The notes under the pieces were generated by a model that saw only the letters and a program-made list of their open reading frames with translations, was not told the origin of the DNA and did no database searches. The translations under genes and the position numbers were made by a program. From Methyloceanibacter sp. (lineage in GTDB: Bacteria > Pseudomonadota > Alphaproteobacteria > Rhizobiales > Methyloligellaceae), in contig JAENXG010000001.1 of assembly GCA_016649675.1 (NCBI GenBank), forward strand, positions 1 to 34,531: DNA of 34,531 nucleotides. The letters run 5' to 3'. Below, one piece after another: positions 1 through 10,179 of this stretch. How positions within the stretch are numbered: the first letter of the stretch is position 1; each line of letters begins with the position of its first letter.

Positions 1-114
1 ATCATCCCGCGCAAAGCGGGCGAGACGCTGAAGCCCCACGCCGGCCAAATGGTCGACCAGGCGGCGCTGGCCGCCACCGCGGAGAAGATCAGAAAGAGAC
101 TTGGAACTGGCTGA
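1..114 (+). CDS. HIT-family nucleotide hydrolase, 3' end only (cut by window edge)
   Basis: Frame 1 reads IIPRKAGETLKPHAGQMVDQAALAATAEKIRKRLGTG*. IIPR followed by an 'A.KIR' helix is the typical segment after the HxHxH motif. HIT genes often lie convergent to clpA in Rhizobiales. Confidence 0.7.
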   Translation: MIPRKAGETLKPHAGQMVDQAALAATAEKIRKRLGTG

Positions 115-122
115 GCCGCTTG

Positions 123-302
123 CTCCCCCTCTCCCCTGTGGGGCCTGTGGGGAGAGGGCTGTTCGCCATGATCTTGCGAGCGAATGCAAGCAAGTCATTC
201 GGCGAACAGGGTGAGGGGGAACATAAGATAGGCGACAGGTCAGGCGACCCCTCACCCGGCCCGCGCAAGCGCGCGCCGACCTCTCCCCGCTGGGGAGAGG
301 TG
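123..302. repeat. REP/REPIN-like nested palindromic element
   Basis: Nested inverted repeats CCCTCTCCCC/GGGGAGAGGG, CTGTTCGCC/GGCGAACAG, GGGTGAGGGG/CCCCTCACCC and CCTCTCCCC/GGGGAGAGG between two convergent genes. Resembles a common alphaproteobacterial extragenic palindrome family. Confidence 0.75.
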
Positions 303-322
303 TAAGAGGCCAGCTCTCAGAG

Positions 323-2800
323 CTACTTAGAGCCGAGCGGCACCTTGGGCACCGGGCTGGCGCCGACGCTGCGCTGTCGCGCGCCCCGCGGCTTGCGCGG
401 GCCACGCTTGGCCCTTGGCTTCGCCGTTCCGGTCTTCGCCGCAGCTTTCACGCCGCCACCCTCAGGGCCGTCGTCCTCGGACTCGGTATCCTCGGGATCG
501 CGCGGCCGGACCGGCGTGTCGGGCTTCAGATATTCGAAGCCGAGCATCTTCTCGCCCGCCTTCTCCTCGACCAGCACGCGCACGATGCCGCCATCTCTCA
601 GCGCCCCGAACAGGATCTCCTCGGCGAGCGGCTTCTTGATGTGCTCCTGGATCACGCGCGACAGCGGCCGGGCGCCGAACTTGTCATCATAGCCCCGCTC
701 GGCGAGCCATTCGTTGGCCTCAGGCGTGAGCTCGATGGTGATGTTGCGGTCGCTGAGCTGCGCCTCGAGCTGGAACACGAATTTCTCCACCACCTTGGAG
801 ATGATCTCGGGCGTGAGGCTGGCGAATGGGATGATGGCGTCGAGCCGGTTGCGGAACTCCGGCGAGAACAGGCGGTTGATCGCCTCCTCGTCGTCGCCTT
901 CGCGCTTGGAGCGGTTGAAGCCGATGGCGGCCTTGGCGAGGTCGCTCGCCCCGGCATTGGTGGTCATGATGAGGATCACGTTCTGGAAGTCGACCCGCTT
1001 GCCGTTATGGTCGGTGAGCTTGCCGTGGTCCATGACCTGCAACAGGATGTTGAACAGGTCCGGATGCGCCTTCTCGATCTCGTCCAGCAGAAGCACCGAG
1101 TGCGGATGCTGGTCGATGCCGTCGGTCAAGAGCCCGCCCTGGTCGAAGCCGACATAGCCGGGCGGCGCGCCGATCAGCCGCGACACGGTGTGCCGCTCCA
1201 TATATTCGCTCATGTCGAAGCGCAGCAGCTCGACCCCGAGCAGCAGTGCGAGCTGCTTCGCGACCTCGGTCTTGCCGACGCCGGTGGGGCCGGAGAACAT
1301 GTAGCTGCCGATCGGCTTGCCGGGCTCGCGCAAGCCCGCGCGGGAGAGCTTGATCGCCGCGGCAAGCGCCTCGATAGCCTTGTCCTGGCCGAACACCACG
1401 CGCTTCAAATCCTGGTCGATGGCGCGTAGCACCTCGGCGTCGGACTTCGACACCGTCTTCGGCGGGATGCGCGCCATGGTGGCGATGGCGGACTCCACCT
1501 CCTTGACGCCGATGGTCTTCCGCCGCAGCCGCTCGGGCAGCAGCATCTGCGAGGCGCCGGTCTCGTCGATCACGTCGATCGCCTTGTCCGGCAGCTTCCG
1601 GTCGTGGATGTATTTGGCCGACAGCTCGACCGCCGACTTGATCGCCTGGCTCGTGTAGCGGACGCGGTGGAAGTCCTCGAAATAGGGCTTCAGGCCCTTC
1701 AGGATCTCGATCGCGTCCGGCACGCTCGGCTCGTTCACGTCGATCTTCTGGAACCTGCGGACGAGCGCCCGGTCCTTCTCGAAGTGCTGGCGGTATTCCT
1801 TATAGGTGGTCGAGCCGATGCAGCGGAGCGTGCCCGACTGGAGCGCGGGCTTCAGCAGGTTGGAGGCATCCATGGCCCCGCCCGAGGTGGCGCCCGCCCC
1901 GATCACCGTGTGGATCTCGTCGATGAACATGATGGCGCCGGGATAGGCCTCGATCTCGCGCATCACCGCTTTCAGCCGCTCCTCGAAATCGCCGCGATAG
2001 CGGGTGCCGGCGAGCAGCGCGCCCATGTCGAGCTGGAAGATGGTCGAATCGGCGAGAACGTCCGGCACGTCGCCCATGACGATGCGGCGCGCCAGCCCCT
2101 CGGCGATGGCCGTCTTGCCGACGCCGGGGTCGCCCACGAAGAGCGGGTTGTTCTTCTGGCGGCGGCAGAGCACCTGGATGGTGCGCTGAATCTCTGGCCC
2201 GCGGCCGATCAGGGGATCGATGCGGCCGGCGCGCGCCTTCTGATTGAGGTTGACGCAGTAGGTCTCAAGCGCGTCGCCGCCGCGCTTCTTCTCGTCGCCG
2301 CCCTCGACCGTCGCTGCGTCCTCGTCGACACCGCGCACGGCGCGCGGCTCCGACATGCCGGCCCGCTTGGCGATGCCGTGGCTGATATAGTTGACCGCGT
2401 CGAAGCGGGTCATGTGCTGCTCTTGCAGGAAGAAGGCGGCATGGCTCTCCCGCTCGGCGAAGATGGCGACGAGCACGTTGGCCCCCGTCACCTCCTCGCG
2501 GCCGGAGGACTGCACATGCGCCACGGCGCGGTGGATGACGCGCTGGAAGCCTGCCGTCGGCTGGGCGTCGCCATGGGTGTCGAGCACGAGCCCGGACAGC
2601 TCGTTGTCGATATAGGCGGTGAGCTTGTCGCGCAGAACGTCGATGTCGACGTCGCAGGCGCGCAGCACTGCCGCCGCGTCACGGTCGTCGATCAGCGACA
2701 GGAGCAGATGCTCCAACGTCGCATATTCGTGGCTGCGCTCATTGGCATATTGCAGAGCGCGCCGGAGAGCCTGCTCGAGACTGGTCGAAAACGAAGCCAC
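323..2800 (-). CDS. clpA: ATP-dependent Clp protease ATP-binding subunit ClpA
   Basis: Clp N-domain, two Walker A motifs ([16 protein letters not shown]), Walker B ([15 protein letters not shown]), GYVG pore loop and IGF loop. Directly downstream of clpS; GTG start. Confidence 0.97.
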   Translation of the reverse strand: MASFSTSLEQALRRALQYANERSHEYATLEHLLLSLIDDRDAAAVLRACDVDIDVLRDKLTAYIDNELSGLVLDTHGDAQPTAGFQRVIHRAVAHVQSSGREEVTGANVLVAIFAERESHAAFFLQEQHMTRFDAVNYISHGIAKRAGMSEPRAVRGVDEDAATVEGGDEKKRGGDALETYCVNLNQKARAGRIDPLIGRGPEIQRTIQVLCRRQKNNPLFVGDPGVGKTAIAEGLARRIVMGDVPDVLADSTIFQLDMGALLAGTRYRGDFEERLKAVMREIEAYPGAIMFIDEIHTVIGAGATSGGAMDASNLLKPALQSGTLRCIGSTTYKEYRQHFEKDRALVRRFQKIDVNEPSVPDAIEILKGLKPYFEDFHRVRYTSQAIKSAVELSAKYIHDRKLPDKAIDVIDETGASQMLLPERLRRKTIGVKEVESAIATMARIPPKTVSKSDAEVLRAIDQDLKRVVFGQDKAIEALAAAIKLSRAGLREPGKPIGSYMFSGPTGVGKTEVAKQLALLLGVELLRFDMSEYMERHTVSRLIGAPPGYVGFDQGGLLTDGIDQHPHSVLLLDEIEKAHPDLFNILLQVMDHGKLTDHNGKRVDFQNVILIMTTNAGASDLAKAAIGFNRSKREGDDEEAINRLFSPEFRNRLDAIIPFASLTPEIISKVVEKFVFQLEAQLSDRNITIELTPEANEWLAERGYDDKFGARPLSRVIQEHIKKPLAEEILFGALRDGGIVRVLVEEKAGEKMLGFEYLKPDTPVRPRDPEDTESEDDGPEGGGVKAAAKTGTAKPRAKRGPRKPRGARQRSVGASPVPKVPLGSK

Positions 2801-2808
2801 TTAAGTCC

Positions 2809-3138
2809 TCACTCTTTCTCCATCGTGCATTGCAGCGGATGCTCGTGCTGACGGGCGAAGCTCGTCACCTGAGCTACCTTAGTCTCAGCGACCTCGTAAG
2901 TGTAGACCCCACAGATGCCGACGCCCTTCTCATGGACGTGCAGCATGATTCGGGTCGCTTCCTCCGGCGGCTTGTTGAAGAACCGCTCCAGCACGTACAC
3001 GACGAAGTCCATCGGCGTGTAGTCGTCGTTGAGGAGCAGCACCTTGTAGAGGCTCGGCCGCTTGGTCTTCGGCCGCGTCTTGGTGATGATATGGGTGCCG
3101 GTGTCATCGCCCCGGCGAGGATCGCCGTTCCGCGCCAT
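2809..3138 (-). CDS. clpS: Clp protease adaptor ClpS
   Basis: [16 protein letters not shown] and MLHVH motifs, [10 protein letters not shown]-terminus; 8 bp upstream of clpA. Confidence 0.97.
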   Translation of the reverse strand: MARNGDPRRGDDTGTHIITKTRPKTKRPSLYKVLLLNDDYTPMDFVVYVLERFFNKPPEEATRIMLHVHEKGVGICGVYTYEVAETKVAQVTSFARQHEHPLQCTMEKE

Positions 3139-3214
3139 CGTCAGCCTCTATGTGGCGTGTCGTTTTGCATCTGCCAAGGGCGCGAGCTTTTGCTCGCTTC
3201 CAACATCCTGGTCC

Positions 3215-3244
3215 ATTCTAGCGGCACCGCGCAAGCTATCGCAA
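3215..3244 (-). promoter_or_regulatory. Candidate sigma70 promoter for clpS-clpA
   Basis: Minus strand TTGCGA-N18-TAGAAT, about 75 bp upstream of the clpS ATG. Confidence 0.4.
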
Positions 3245-3298
3245 ACCGCGCTCTCCGCTTCTCCATACCATAGTGCGAGTTGGCGGCATGAAAACGGC

Positions 3299-3334
3299 AA
3301 AAAAAAAGACCCAGGTGCGACCCCGGGTCTTTTT
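3299..3334 (-). terminator. Intrinsic terminator after phasin gene (possibly bidirectional)
   Basis: Minus strand AAAAAGACCCGGGGTCGCACCTGGGTC followed by a 9-T run, 30 bp after the phasin stop. Confidence 0.85.
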
Positions 3335-3364
3335 CAATGGGAAAGGTGGAGTCTGGCAGTCGCG

Positions 3365-3697
3365 TTAGGCGACCTTCTTGGCCAGGGCAGCCTCGACCGG
3401 CTTATAAGCGTCCTTGGCCAGGCCGACATACATCTCGCCAAGCTTGGACATCTCGGCGATGTAGGTGTCGTAGGCCTTCTTGGCATACTGGGATTGAACC
3501 TCGATGGCCTGCTCGATCGACTTGGCGCCGGCCAGCTGTTCGAAGGCACGGGTCGAATCCTCGAACGCCTTCTTGGAATAATCGGTGACCTCGGCGGCAA
3601 TGGCCTGGAAGCCCTTGTTGACTTCTCCGAATGAACGCACGGCCGCATCAAAGCCGTCTTTACCTACCTTCTGGAACTCTTCGAAACCTTTGAGCAT
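3365..3697 (-). CDS. phaP: Phasin (PHA granule-associated protein)
   Basis: 110 aa, Ala/Lys/Glu-rich and helical (MLKGFEEFQK...AKSIEQAIEVQSQYAKKAYD), typical of rhizobial phasins. PhaR-like boxes upstream. Start moved to ATG 3697. Confidence 0.88.
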   Translation of the reverse strand: MLKGFEEFQKVGKDGFDAAVRSFGEVNKGFQAIAAEVTDYSKKAFEDSTRAFEQLAGAKSIEQAIEVQSQYAKKAYDTYIAEMSKLGEMYVGLAKDAYKPVEAALAKKVA

Positions 3698-3748
3698 GGG
3701 GAGCCCTCTTCTGAACCGGGTTGCACGATTGCTGCGAACGCGAACGCA

Positions 3749-3799
3749 TATATATGCGTCGCACAATAAACGTCAACACAAATTTTTTGCACTGCACAA
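3749..3799 (-). promoter_or_regulatory. Phasin promoter with two PhaR-type operators
   Basis: TGCGTCGCACAA (3755-3766) and TGCACTGCACAA (3788-3799) both fit the rhizobial PhaR motif TGCRNYGCASMA. Minus strand -35 TTGACG (3776-3771) and -10 TATATA (3754-3749) flank the first box. Confidence 0.75.
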
Positions 3800-3864
3800 T
3801 AGATTGAAACACCCTCCCTTAATGCTTTGGCAATAGACGGATTTTAGCCTCATTCCCCACTCAT

Positions 3865-5346
3865 TTGGAGTCCGCGCAAAACCGCGGGATCAGCGGGCTT
3901 CGGGGGTGGCGGCACGGCGAGTGCACGCGCAAGGGAAGGTTCGTCAAACGGGGGAAGGCCACGGCCTTCTTGGGGACGGTGGGAATTATCAAGCGTAATC
4001 GTTCGGCGTTGTTGGCTCGTGGCGGGCGCCTCTTGCTTGCGCTTCTGCTCATTATCGCGCCAGCGACGGCCCCTCTGAGCGAGGCTCTCGCCAAGAGCCG
4101 ATCGAGGTCAAGCGCGCCAGCGGTCGCGGCGGCCATCGTCGTCGACATGAACACCGGCTATATCCTCTATTCGCAAGCGCCCGACACGCCGCGCTATCCC
4201 GCCTCGCTCACCAAGATGATGACCCTCTACGTGCTGTTCGGCTATTTGCGAGCCGGCAAGGTGACCGTGAGCTCGGACCTCGTAGTGACACCGCACGCCG
4301 CAAGCCAAGCGCCTACCAAGCTCGGCCTGAAGCCGGGTGCGACAATCGAGACCGACGATGCCATCAAGGCGCTGGTCACCCAGTCCGCCAACGACGCCGC
4401 CGTCACCATCGCCGAGAACCTTGCCGGCACCGAGGAGAACTTCGCCCGCGTGATGACGGAGACAGCCAGGGCCATCGGCATGTCCGGCACGACCTTCCGC
4501 AATGCCTCGGGCCTTCCGGACGACGAGCAGGTCACCACGGCGCGGGACATGGCGCTTCTCGCGACGCATCTGATCCTCGACTACCCGGAATATTACGGGG
4601 TCTTCGAGACCCGCTATTTCACCTTTGCCGGTCGCAAGTACCGCAACCACAACCATCTGCTGTTCGGCTACAAGGGCACCGACGGGATTAAGACCGGCTA
4701 TACGCGGGCGAGCGGCTTCAATCTCACGGCCTCGGTGCACCGCGACAACAAGCATCTCGTGGCCGTGGTACTTGGCGGCAGGACGGGCAGCCAGCGCGAT
4801 GCCGCCATGCGCGCCCTTCTCGACAAGCACTTCGCTGAGGCCTCGGATACGAAGCCTTCCGTCAAGCAGCTCGTCGCCACGCTCGCGCCCCCTCCCACCC
4901 CGCCTCCCCCGAAGAAGCCAGTCTTTGCGCTTGCCTCCGCAACGCCAATGGCGGCGGTGCCTACCACCACCACTCAGGATACGACCGATGAGGAAGGCGA
5001 CATCGGCGAGCCGGCCGAGCCTGTCGAAGCGAGCGCTCCCGTAACCGAGCCCGCGGCCGCGCCTACGCCCAATACGGCGAAAGAGCCTTCCCGCTACGCC
5101 GGCGCCTTCCACGTGCAGGTGGGCGCCTTCATGTCGGAGGCCGAGGCCGAGAACCGGCTCGGCATGGTGCAGCAGCGTGCCACCGATCTGCTCGACGGGC
5201 ACCTGCCGTTCACCGCGTCCTTCATGAAGGGCGACGCCGAGTGGTACCGGGCGCGGTTTGCGGGCTTTTCCAAGGAGGGCGCCCAGGCAGCCTGCGCCGC
5301 GTTGAAAAAGATGTCGCTCGAATGCGCGGTGATGAGCTCCGAATAG
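3865..5346 (+). CDS. D-alanyl-D-alanine carboxypeptidase (peptidase S11) with C-terminal SPOR domain; true start probably downstream of 3865
   Basis: SxxK (PASLTK), SxN (QSAND) and KTG motifs, hydrophobic signal segment, Pro-rich linker, SPOR-like VQVGAF...YRARFAG. Confidence 0.92.
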   Translation: MESAQNRGISGLRGWRHGECTRKGRFVKRGKATAFLGTVGIIKRNRSALLARGGRLLLALLLIIAPATAPLSEALAKSRSRSSAPAVAAAIVVDMNTGYILYSQAPDTPRYPASLTKMMTLYVLFGYLRAGKVTVSSDLVVTPHAASQAPTKLGLKPGATIETDDAIKALVTQSANDAAVTIAENLAGTEENFARVMTETARAIGMSGTTFRNASGLPDDEQVTTARDMALLATHLILDYPEYYGVFETRYFTFAGRKYRNHNHLLFGYKGTDGIKTGYTRASGFNLTASVHRDNKHLVAVVLGGRTGSQRDAAMRALLDKHFAEASDTKPSVKQLVATLAPPPTPPPPKKPVFALASATPMAAVPTTTTQDTTDEEGDIGEPAEPVEASAPVTEPAAAPTPNTAKEPSRYAGAFHVQVGAFMSEAEAENRLGMVQQRATDLLDGHLPFTASFMKGDAEWYRARFAGFSKEGAQAACAALKKMSLECAVMSSE

Positions 5347-5373
5347 GGCTAGCCAAGCGTGAGGCCGCTCGGC

Positions 5374-6096
5374 TCATCGGCGGCCGATCAGGACCTCCTT
5401 GGCCTCGTTGATCCGCGCTGCCAGATAGGTCGATCCGCCCTGATCGGGGTGCATCTTCATCATCAGCCTTCGATGGGCCTGCCTGATGTCCTCCTCGCTT
5501 GCGGTCTTTTCGATCCCGAGCACGGCATAGGCTTCCTCGGCGCTCATGCGGCTGCTTCCGCCGCGCCCACGCCCCTGGGCCCCCGCCTTCTCCTTCTGCG
5601 CTTCCCCCTGGTCGCGCCATCCCGGCAGCCGCCAATCGAGATAGGCCTCGATCAGCGCGGCCTCATGGGCGCCCGCGGCATGAAGCTCGTGGAGCAGGTC
5701 CATCACCTCTCCGTCGCTGAGCGAGGATAAAGCGCGTCCGGCAAATCGCCCGGTCAGGCATCGTCCGTCCATGCGCCCGCTATCGTGGTCGAGCTCCATC
5801 TCGAGCCTGTCGGTTTTCACTTTCGACGCCTGCCCGGGTGATTTTTGCGCCGACCCGAAGGGGCCGCCAAAGCCGAACCCGCCTCCTCTGCCGATCAGCG
5901 CGAGGCCGAACACGGCAAGCGGGATGGCCAAGGGGAGCGCACCCCGGGTTATGAGGAAGGCGGCAATGGCGAGGACCACGACGCCGGCTGCCTTGCGAAT
6001 GCCGCCGGCAAGCTTGCGCGGATCGACCGCCGCAAGCATCCGCCCCGCGAAGATGAGAAGAAGGAGGAGCGCGCAACCGGCAAGAAAATAGACCAT
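5374..6096 (-). CDS. Membrane-anchored protein with C-terminal J-domain (Pam18/Tim14-like)
   Basis: Hydrophobic N-terminal segments; C-terminal EAYAVLG...HPDQGGSTYLAARINEAKEVL with intact HPD. Confidence 0.9.
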   Translation of the reverse strand: MVYFLAGCALLLLLIFAGRMLAAVDPRKLAGGIRKAAGVVVLAIAAFLITRGALPLAIPLAVFGLALIGRGGGFGFGGPFGSAQKSPGQASKVKTDRLEMELDHDSGRMDGRCLTGRFAGRALSSLSDGEVMDLLHELHAAGAHEAALIEAYLDWRLPGWRDQGEAQKEKAGAQGRGRGGSSRMSAEEAYAVLGIEKTASEEDIRQAHRRLMMKMHPDQGGSTYLAARINEAKEVLIGRR

Positions 6097-6108
6097 CGGG
6101 CCGAGCCG

Positions 6109-6837
6109 TCAGCCGAGCTGCTCGAGCAGACGGATCGCCGCACTGCTCCGCGTCTCGTCGCCGAAATCCTGCAACGCCTTGCGACCGCCGGTGGCATAGA
6201 CCGCGACCGCGGTCAGGAGCTCACGGAGCTGGCGGGCCGAGCCCGCGTCGAACGGGCAATAGGCCCCGCGCGAGAGCCGCGCGATCTCTCTGAAGGCGCG
6301 CTCGGCCTTGGGCTCGCGGCCCTCCTGGAAGACGAATACCGGCACCCCGATCAGACCAAGCTCGCCCGCGAGCTGGCTCAGTCGGTCGACCTCCTCCTCC
6401 ATGCAATCGCCAACATAGATGAGCGCATTGACCTTGGATGTCTCGCTCTCGCGGCGGGCGTGGGCGAGGACCTTGCCGATCTGCGTGTAGCCGCCGGCGC
6501 AGGAGACCTGGCGCATGAGCCGCGCCAGAGCATCGGGGTCGCCCACCCATTTGCTGGCCTGGCACTCGCCAAGCCCCCGAAAATAGACGAGCTGCACATC
6601 GAGACCGCCGACCGCCTTGACGGCGTTGAACATGTCGGCCTGGAGCTCGAGCGCGAGGTCCCAGGAGGGCTGCCGGCTCATGGTGGCATCCATGGCGAAG
6701 ATGAGCCGCCCACGGCCTAAGCCCTGAGGCCGCAGCCCCTTCACCTGTTTGAGGAAGGCGTCGACCTCTGAGCGCGACGAGCGCGGTTTCGCGACTTCGC
6801 CCTTCTCGGTCTTCGCCGGGGCTTTCGGCTGAGCCAT
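6109..6837 (-). CDS. VWA-domain protein
   Basis: MIDAS-like FAMDATMSR, then GGYTQI and YVGD; 12 bp upstream of the J-domain gene. Confidence 0.85.
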   Translation of the reverse strand: MAQPKAPAKTEKGEVAKPRSSRSEVDAFLKQVKGLRPQGLGRGRLIFAMDATMSRQPSWDLALELQADMFNAVKAVGGLDVQLVYFRGLGECQASKWVGDPDALARLMRQVSCAGGYTQIGKVLAHARRESETSKVNALIYVGDCMEEEVDRLSQLAGELGLIGVPVFVFQEGREPKAERAFREIARLSRGAYCPFDAGSARQLRELLTAVAVYATGGRKALQDFGDETRSSAAIRLLEQLG

Positions 6838-6919
6838 TGCTCTCTCAACTCCGGGCCAAGCGTATCTGCCGAGCTATAGATGGACCCTTGCGGCCCCGCG
6901 GACAATGCTTGAGGCCGCC

Positions 6920-9900
6920 TCACGTCTCCTCGGTGGCGGCCGCAAGCAGGCTCGCATTGCCGCCCGACGCCGTGAGATCGGTCGCCCGCACTCGCTCCAC
7001 GGCGAAGGCTTGCAGATAAAGCGGGCCGCCGGCCTTGGGGCCGGTGCCGGAAAGGCGCGTCCCGCCGAAGGGCTGCACTCCCACGACGGCGCCGATCTGG
7101 TTGCGATTCACGTACATATTGCCGACCTTGACCCGCTCCGCCACGAAGTCGGTGGTCGCCTTGATCCGACTATGCAGCCCGAGCGTCAGCCCATAGCCGG
7201 TCGCATTGATGGCATCGCAAACCTCCCCCAGGTGGTCGCCGGCAAAGCGCACGACGTGGAGGATCGGCCCGAACACCTCGTGCTTCAGCAGTCCGATGGA
7301 GGGGATCTCGTAGATGGCCGGCGCGACATAGGTGCCGTGCTTATGCGCTTCGCCTAGAGGCAGGTCGAGGAGCTCGCGGGCGTCCTTGCGCATATGGGCC
7401 TTGTGGGCCTCGAGCGTGGCGCGTGCCTCCTCGTCGATCACCGGGCCGATATCTGTCGCGTAATCGATTGGATCGCCGATCTTGAGCTCTCGCGCCGCGC
7501 CGAGCAGCATGCACAGCGTCGTCTCGGCCACGTCCTCCTGCAGGAACAACACACGCAACGCCGAGCAGCGCTGGCCAGCGCTGTCGAAGGCCGAGACGAG
7601 CGCGTCGTCGACGACCTGCTCAGGGAGGGCCGAGGAATCCACGATCATGGCGTTCAGCCCGCCGGTCTCGGCGATAAGCTTCACAATCGGGCCGTCGCGG
7701 AGGGCCAAGGCGCGGTTGATGGCGATGCCGGCGTCGGCGCCCCCGGTAAAGACAACCCCGTCGACGCGGACGTCGGCGACAAGCGCCGCGCCCACACTCT
7801 CGCCCCTGCCGGGGAGGAGATGCAGCACATCGGGCGGGACGCCGGCGCGATGCAAGAGCCGCACCGCGCGGGCGGCCGTGAGCGGGGTCTGCTCAGCCGG
7901 TTTCGCCACCACCGCATTGCCGGCAGCAAGCGCGGCAGCGACCTGGCCGGTGAAGATGGCGAGCGGAAAGTTCCAAGGCGAGATGCAGGCGAACACGCCG
8001 CGCCCGTGGAGCGACAGCTCGTTCCGCTCTCCGGTCGGGCCTCTTAGCACCAGGGGTCCGGCGAACTGCCGGCGTGCTTGAGCTGCCGAATAACGTAGGT
8101 GATCGACCGCCTCGCGGAGATCGGCTTGCGCGTTGCCAATCGTCTTGCCAGCTTCCCGCACCATGAGCGCCATGAGCCCAGCCCGATCGGCTTCGAACAA
8201 ATCGGCCGCCCGCTCGAGCATCGCAGCGCGCGCGTCCCCTCCCAGGCGGTCGAAGTCCCGGCAGGCAGCCCTCGCCGCTTCCAGCGCCTTGTCGATGGCT
8301 TCAGGACTGGCAGAGCGCCAGGTGCCCACCACGACCCTGCGGTCGTGGGGTGAGGTGATCCAGGCGACATCGCCCCCCTCTCCCACCTCCTCGCCGCACA
8401 CGATCGGGATGGCCTCTGCCGGGCTCGCAAGCGTGCTCTCGATGGAACGGAGCAATGGCTCGCGGACGGCCCTGTCCCACAGCGGCAGCCCGAGGCTGTT
8501 CCGCCGTTCCGGTGCGAACAGGTCCGGCGGCAACGGGATCATCGGGTTGGCTTTCTCGAAAAGCGCTGCCGCCTTATCGACCGGATCGGCGACGATTGCC
8601 GTGATCGGCGCTGCGCCGTCTGCCAGGCGATTGACGAAGGAGGTGTTGGCCCCGTTCTCCAGGAGACGGCGCACGAGATAGGCCAGCAGATCCCGATGTC
8701 CCCCGACCGGCGCATAGATGCGGCACGGCTTCGCCAACGATTCGGGGTGCACCACCTCGCGATGGAGCGCCTCGCCCATGCCGTAGAGACGCTGGAATTC
8801 GTAGGAATGATCGCCGGCCAGCGTCGCGATCGCCGCGATGGTGTGGGCATTGTGGGTGGCAAATTGCGGATAGAAGCGATTGGGGCGCGCGAGGAGCGCA
8901 CGCGCGGCGGCGAGATAGGCCACGTCGGTGTTGACCTTGCGCGTGAACACGGGATAGCCGGCGAGCCCCGCTTCTTGGGCCCATTTGATCTCGCTGTCCC
9001 AATAGGCGCCTTTGACGAGGCGCACCGGGATGCGCCTTCCCGTCGCCGCAGCCATCCCGGCAAGCCAATCGATCAGCGGCAGCGCGCGTTTGCCATAGGC
9101 CTGCACGGCGATGCCGAGCCCGTTCCACCCGGCAAGCGTGGGATCGGTGAACAGCGGCTCCATAAGCGCAAGCGACAGATCGAGCTTGTCGGCCTCCTCG
9201 GCATCGATGGTGAGCGGCAGCCAAGCCTCCCGCATCACATGAGTAAGCTCCGAGAGACGCGGCACGAGCTCGGCGTGGAGGCGCGCCTCTTGCGAGGCCT
9301 GGTAGCCGGGATGGAGCGCGGAGAGCTTCACCGAGAGCCCGGGGCGGCGATGCAGCTCCTCCTCGGTCCGCGCCGGAGGCGGACCGGCCTTGGCCGCGAT
9401 GGCTTCTGCGGCCTCCCGATAGCGCAGCGCGTGGCGCGCGGCGTCATCTTCCGTGCGCGCCGCTTCGCCCAGCATGTCGAAGGAGAAGCAATAGCCTTGG
9501 CGGACCTCGTCCTCGCCATTGGCAAGCGCCTCCTCGATGGTCTGCCCGAGCACGAACTGACCCCCGAGGATGCGCATGGCCTGGCGGAGCGCCTGGCGGA
9601 TCACCTTCTCACCGCCTTGACCGATCAGGCGCTGGGCGAGGCTTGCAAGGCCGGTCTGCCGGTTCTCGCTCCAATCGAGGATGCGCCCGGTGAGCATCAA
9701 GCCCCAGGTGGAGGCGTTGACGAAGAGAGAGTCCGAGTGGCCGAGATGGCGCGCCCAGTCGCCGCTGCCGACGGTGCCTGCGATCAGCCGGTCGGCTGTG
9801 GCGGCATCGGGGATGCGCAGCAGCGCCTCGGCAAGGCAGAGCAGCAGCACCCCCTCCTCGCTCGACAGCCCATATTCGTGGAGGAACGAGTCGACGCCGC

Positions 9901-10102
9901 CCGTCTCGCGCCGTCCGTCCCGCGCCGCCTTGACGAGATCGCTGGCGAGAAGCTCGATACGGCACCGCTCCTCGTCGCTTGTCCGCGCCTGCTCGATCAG
10001 GGCCTCGACCAGCGGGCCTTCGTCGGCAAGCAGCGCCTCGCCGATCGCCTCGCGACCAGGCAATGACAGGACTGATTCAGTATCGAGCTTGGGCTTCGCC
10101 AT
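6920..10102 (-). CDS. putA: Bifunctional proline dehydrogenase / P5C dehydrogenase
   Basis: PRODH motifs (SFDMLGE, VRLVKGAYWD, ATHN, YLVRRLLENGAN) and ALDH motifs (ISPWNFP, AETGG, AGQRCSA, EVFGP); no N-terminal RHH domain visible. Confidence 0.96.
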   Translation of the reverse strand: MAKPKLDTESVLSLPGREAIGEALLADEGPLVEALIEQARTSDEERCRIELLASDLVKAARDGRRETGGVDSFLHEYGLSSEEGVLLLCLAEALLRIPDAATADRLIAGTVGSGDWARHLGHSDSLFVNASTWGLMLTGRILDWSENRQTGLASLAQRLIGQGGEKVIRQALRQAMRILGGQFVLGQTIEEALANGEDEVRQGYCFSFDMLGEAARTEDDAARHALRYREAAEAIAAKAGPPPARTEEELHRRPGLSVKLSALHPGYQASQEARLHAELVPRLSELTHVMREAWLPLTIDAEEADKLDLSLALMEPLFTDPTLAGWNGLGIAVQAYGKRALPLIDWLAGMAAATGRRIPVRLVKGAYWDSEIKWAQEAGLAGYPVFTRKVNTDVAYLAAARALLARPNRFYPQFATHNAHTIAAIATLAGDHSYEFQRLYGMGEALHREVVHPESLAKPCRIYAPVGGHRDLLAYLVRRLLENGANTSFVNRLADGAAPITAIVADPVDKAAALFEKANPMIPLPPDLFAPERRNSLGLPLWDRAVREPLLRSIESTLASPAEAIPIVCGEEVGEGGDVAWITSPHDRRVVVGTWRSASPEAIDKALEAARAACRDFDRLGGDARAAMLERAADLFEADRAGLMALMVREAGKTIGNAQADLREAVDHLRYSAAQARRQFAGPLVLRGPTGERNELSLHGRGVFACISPWNFPLAIFTGQVAAALAAGNAVVAKPAEQTPLTAARAVRLLHRAGVPPDVLHLLPGRGESVGAALVADVRVDGVVFTGGADAGIAINRALALRDGPIVKLIAETGGLNAMIVDSSALPEQVVDDALVSAFDSAGQRCSALRVLFLQEDVAETTLCMLLGAARELKIGDPIDYATDIGPVIDEEARATLEAHKAHMRKDARELLDLPLGEAHKHGTYVAPAIYEIPSIGLLKHEVFGPILHVVRFAGDHLGEVCDAINATGYGLTLGLHSRIKATTDFVAERVKVGNMYVNRNQIGAVVGVQPFGGTRLSGTGPKAGGPLYLQAFAVERVRATDLTASGGNASLLAAATEET

Positions 10103-10179
10103 CCGGAGAGCTTAGTCCTTCGGGCCGTTGGCCTCCACTCGCCCGGACTGCTATCGTCGCGGCCCCCGGGAGAGAAAGC

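Noticed and set aside
641-2851. Long plus-strand ORFs (262 and 415 aa) opposite clpA
   Set aside because: Antisense shadows of a high-GC gene with no motifs. The same applies to the ORFs opposite putA, pccA, mgtE and the RND gene.
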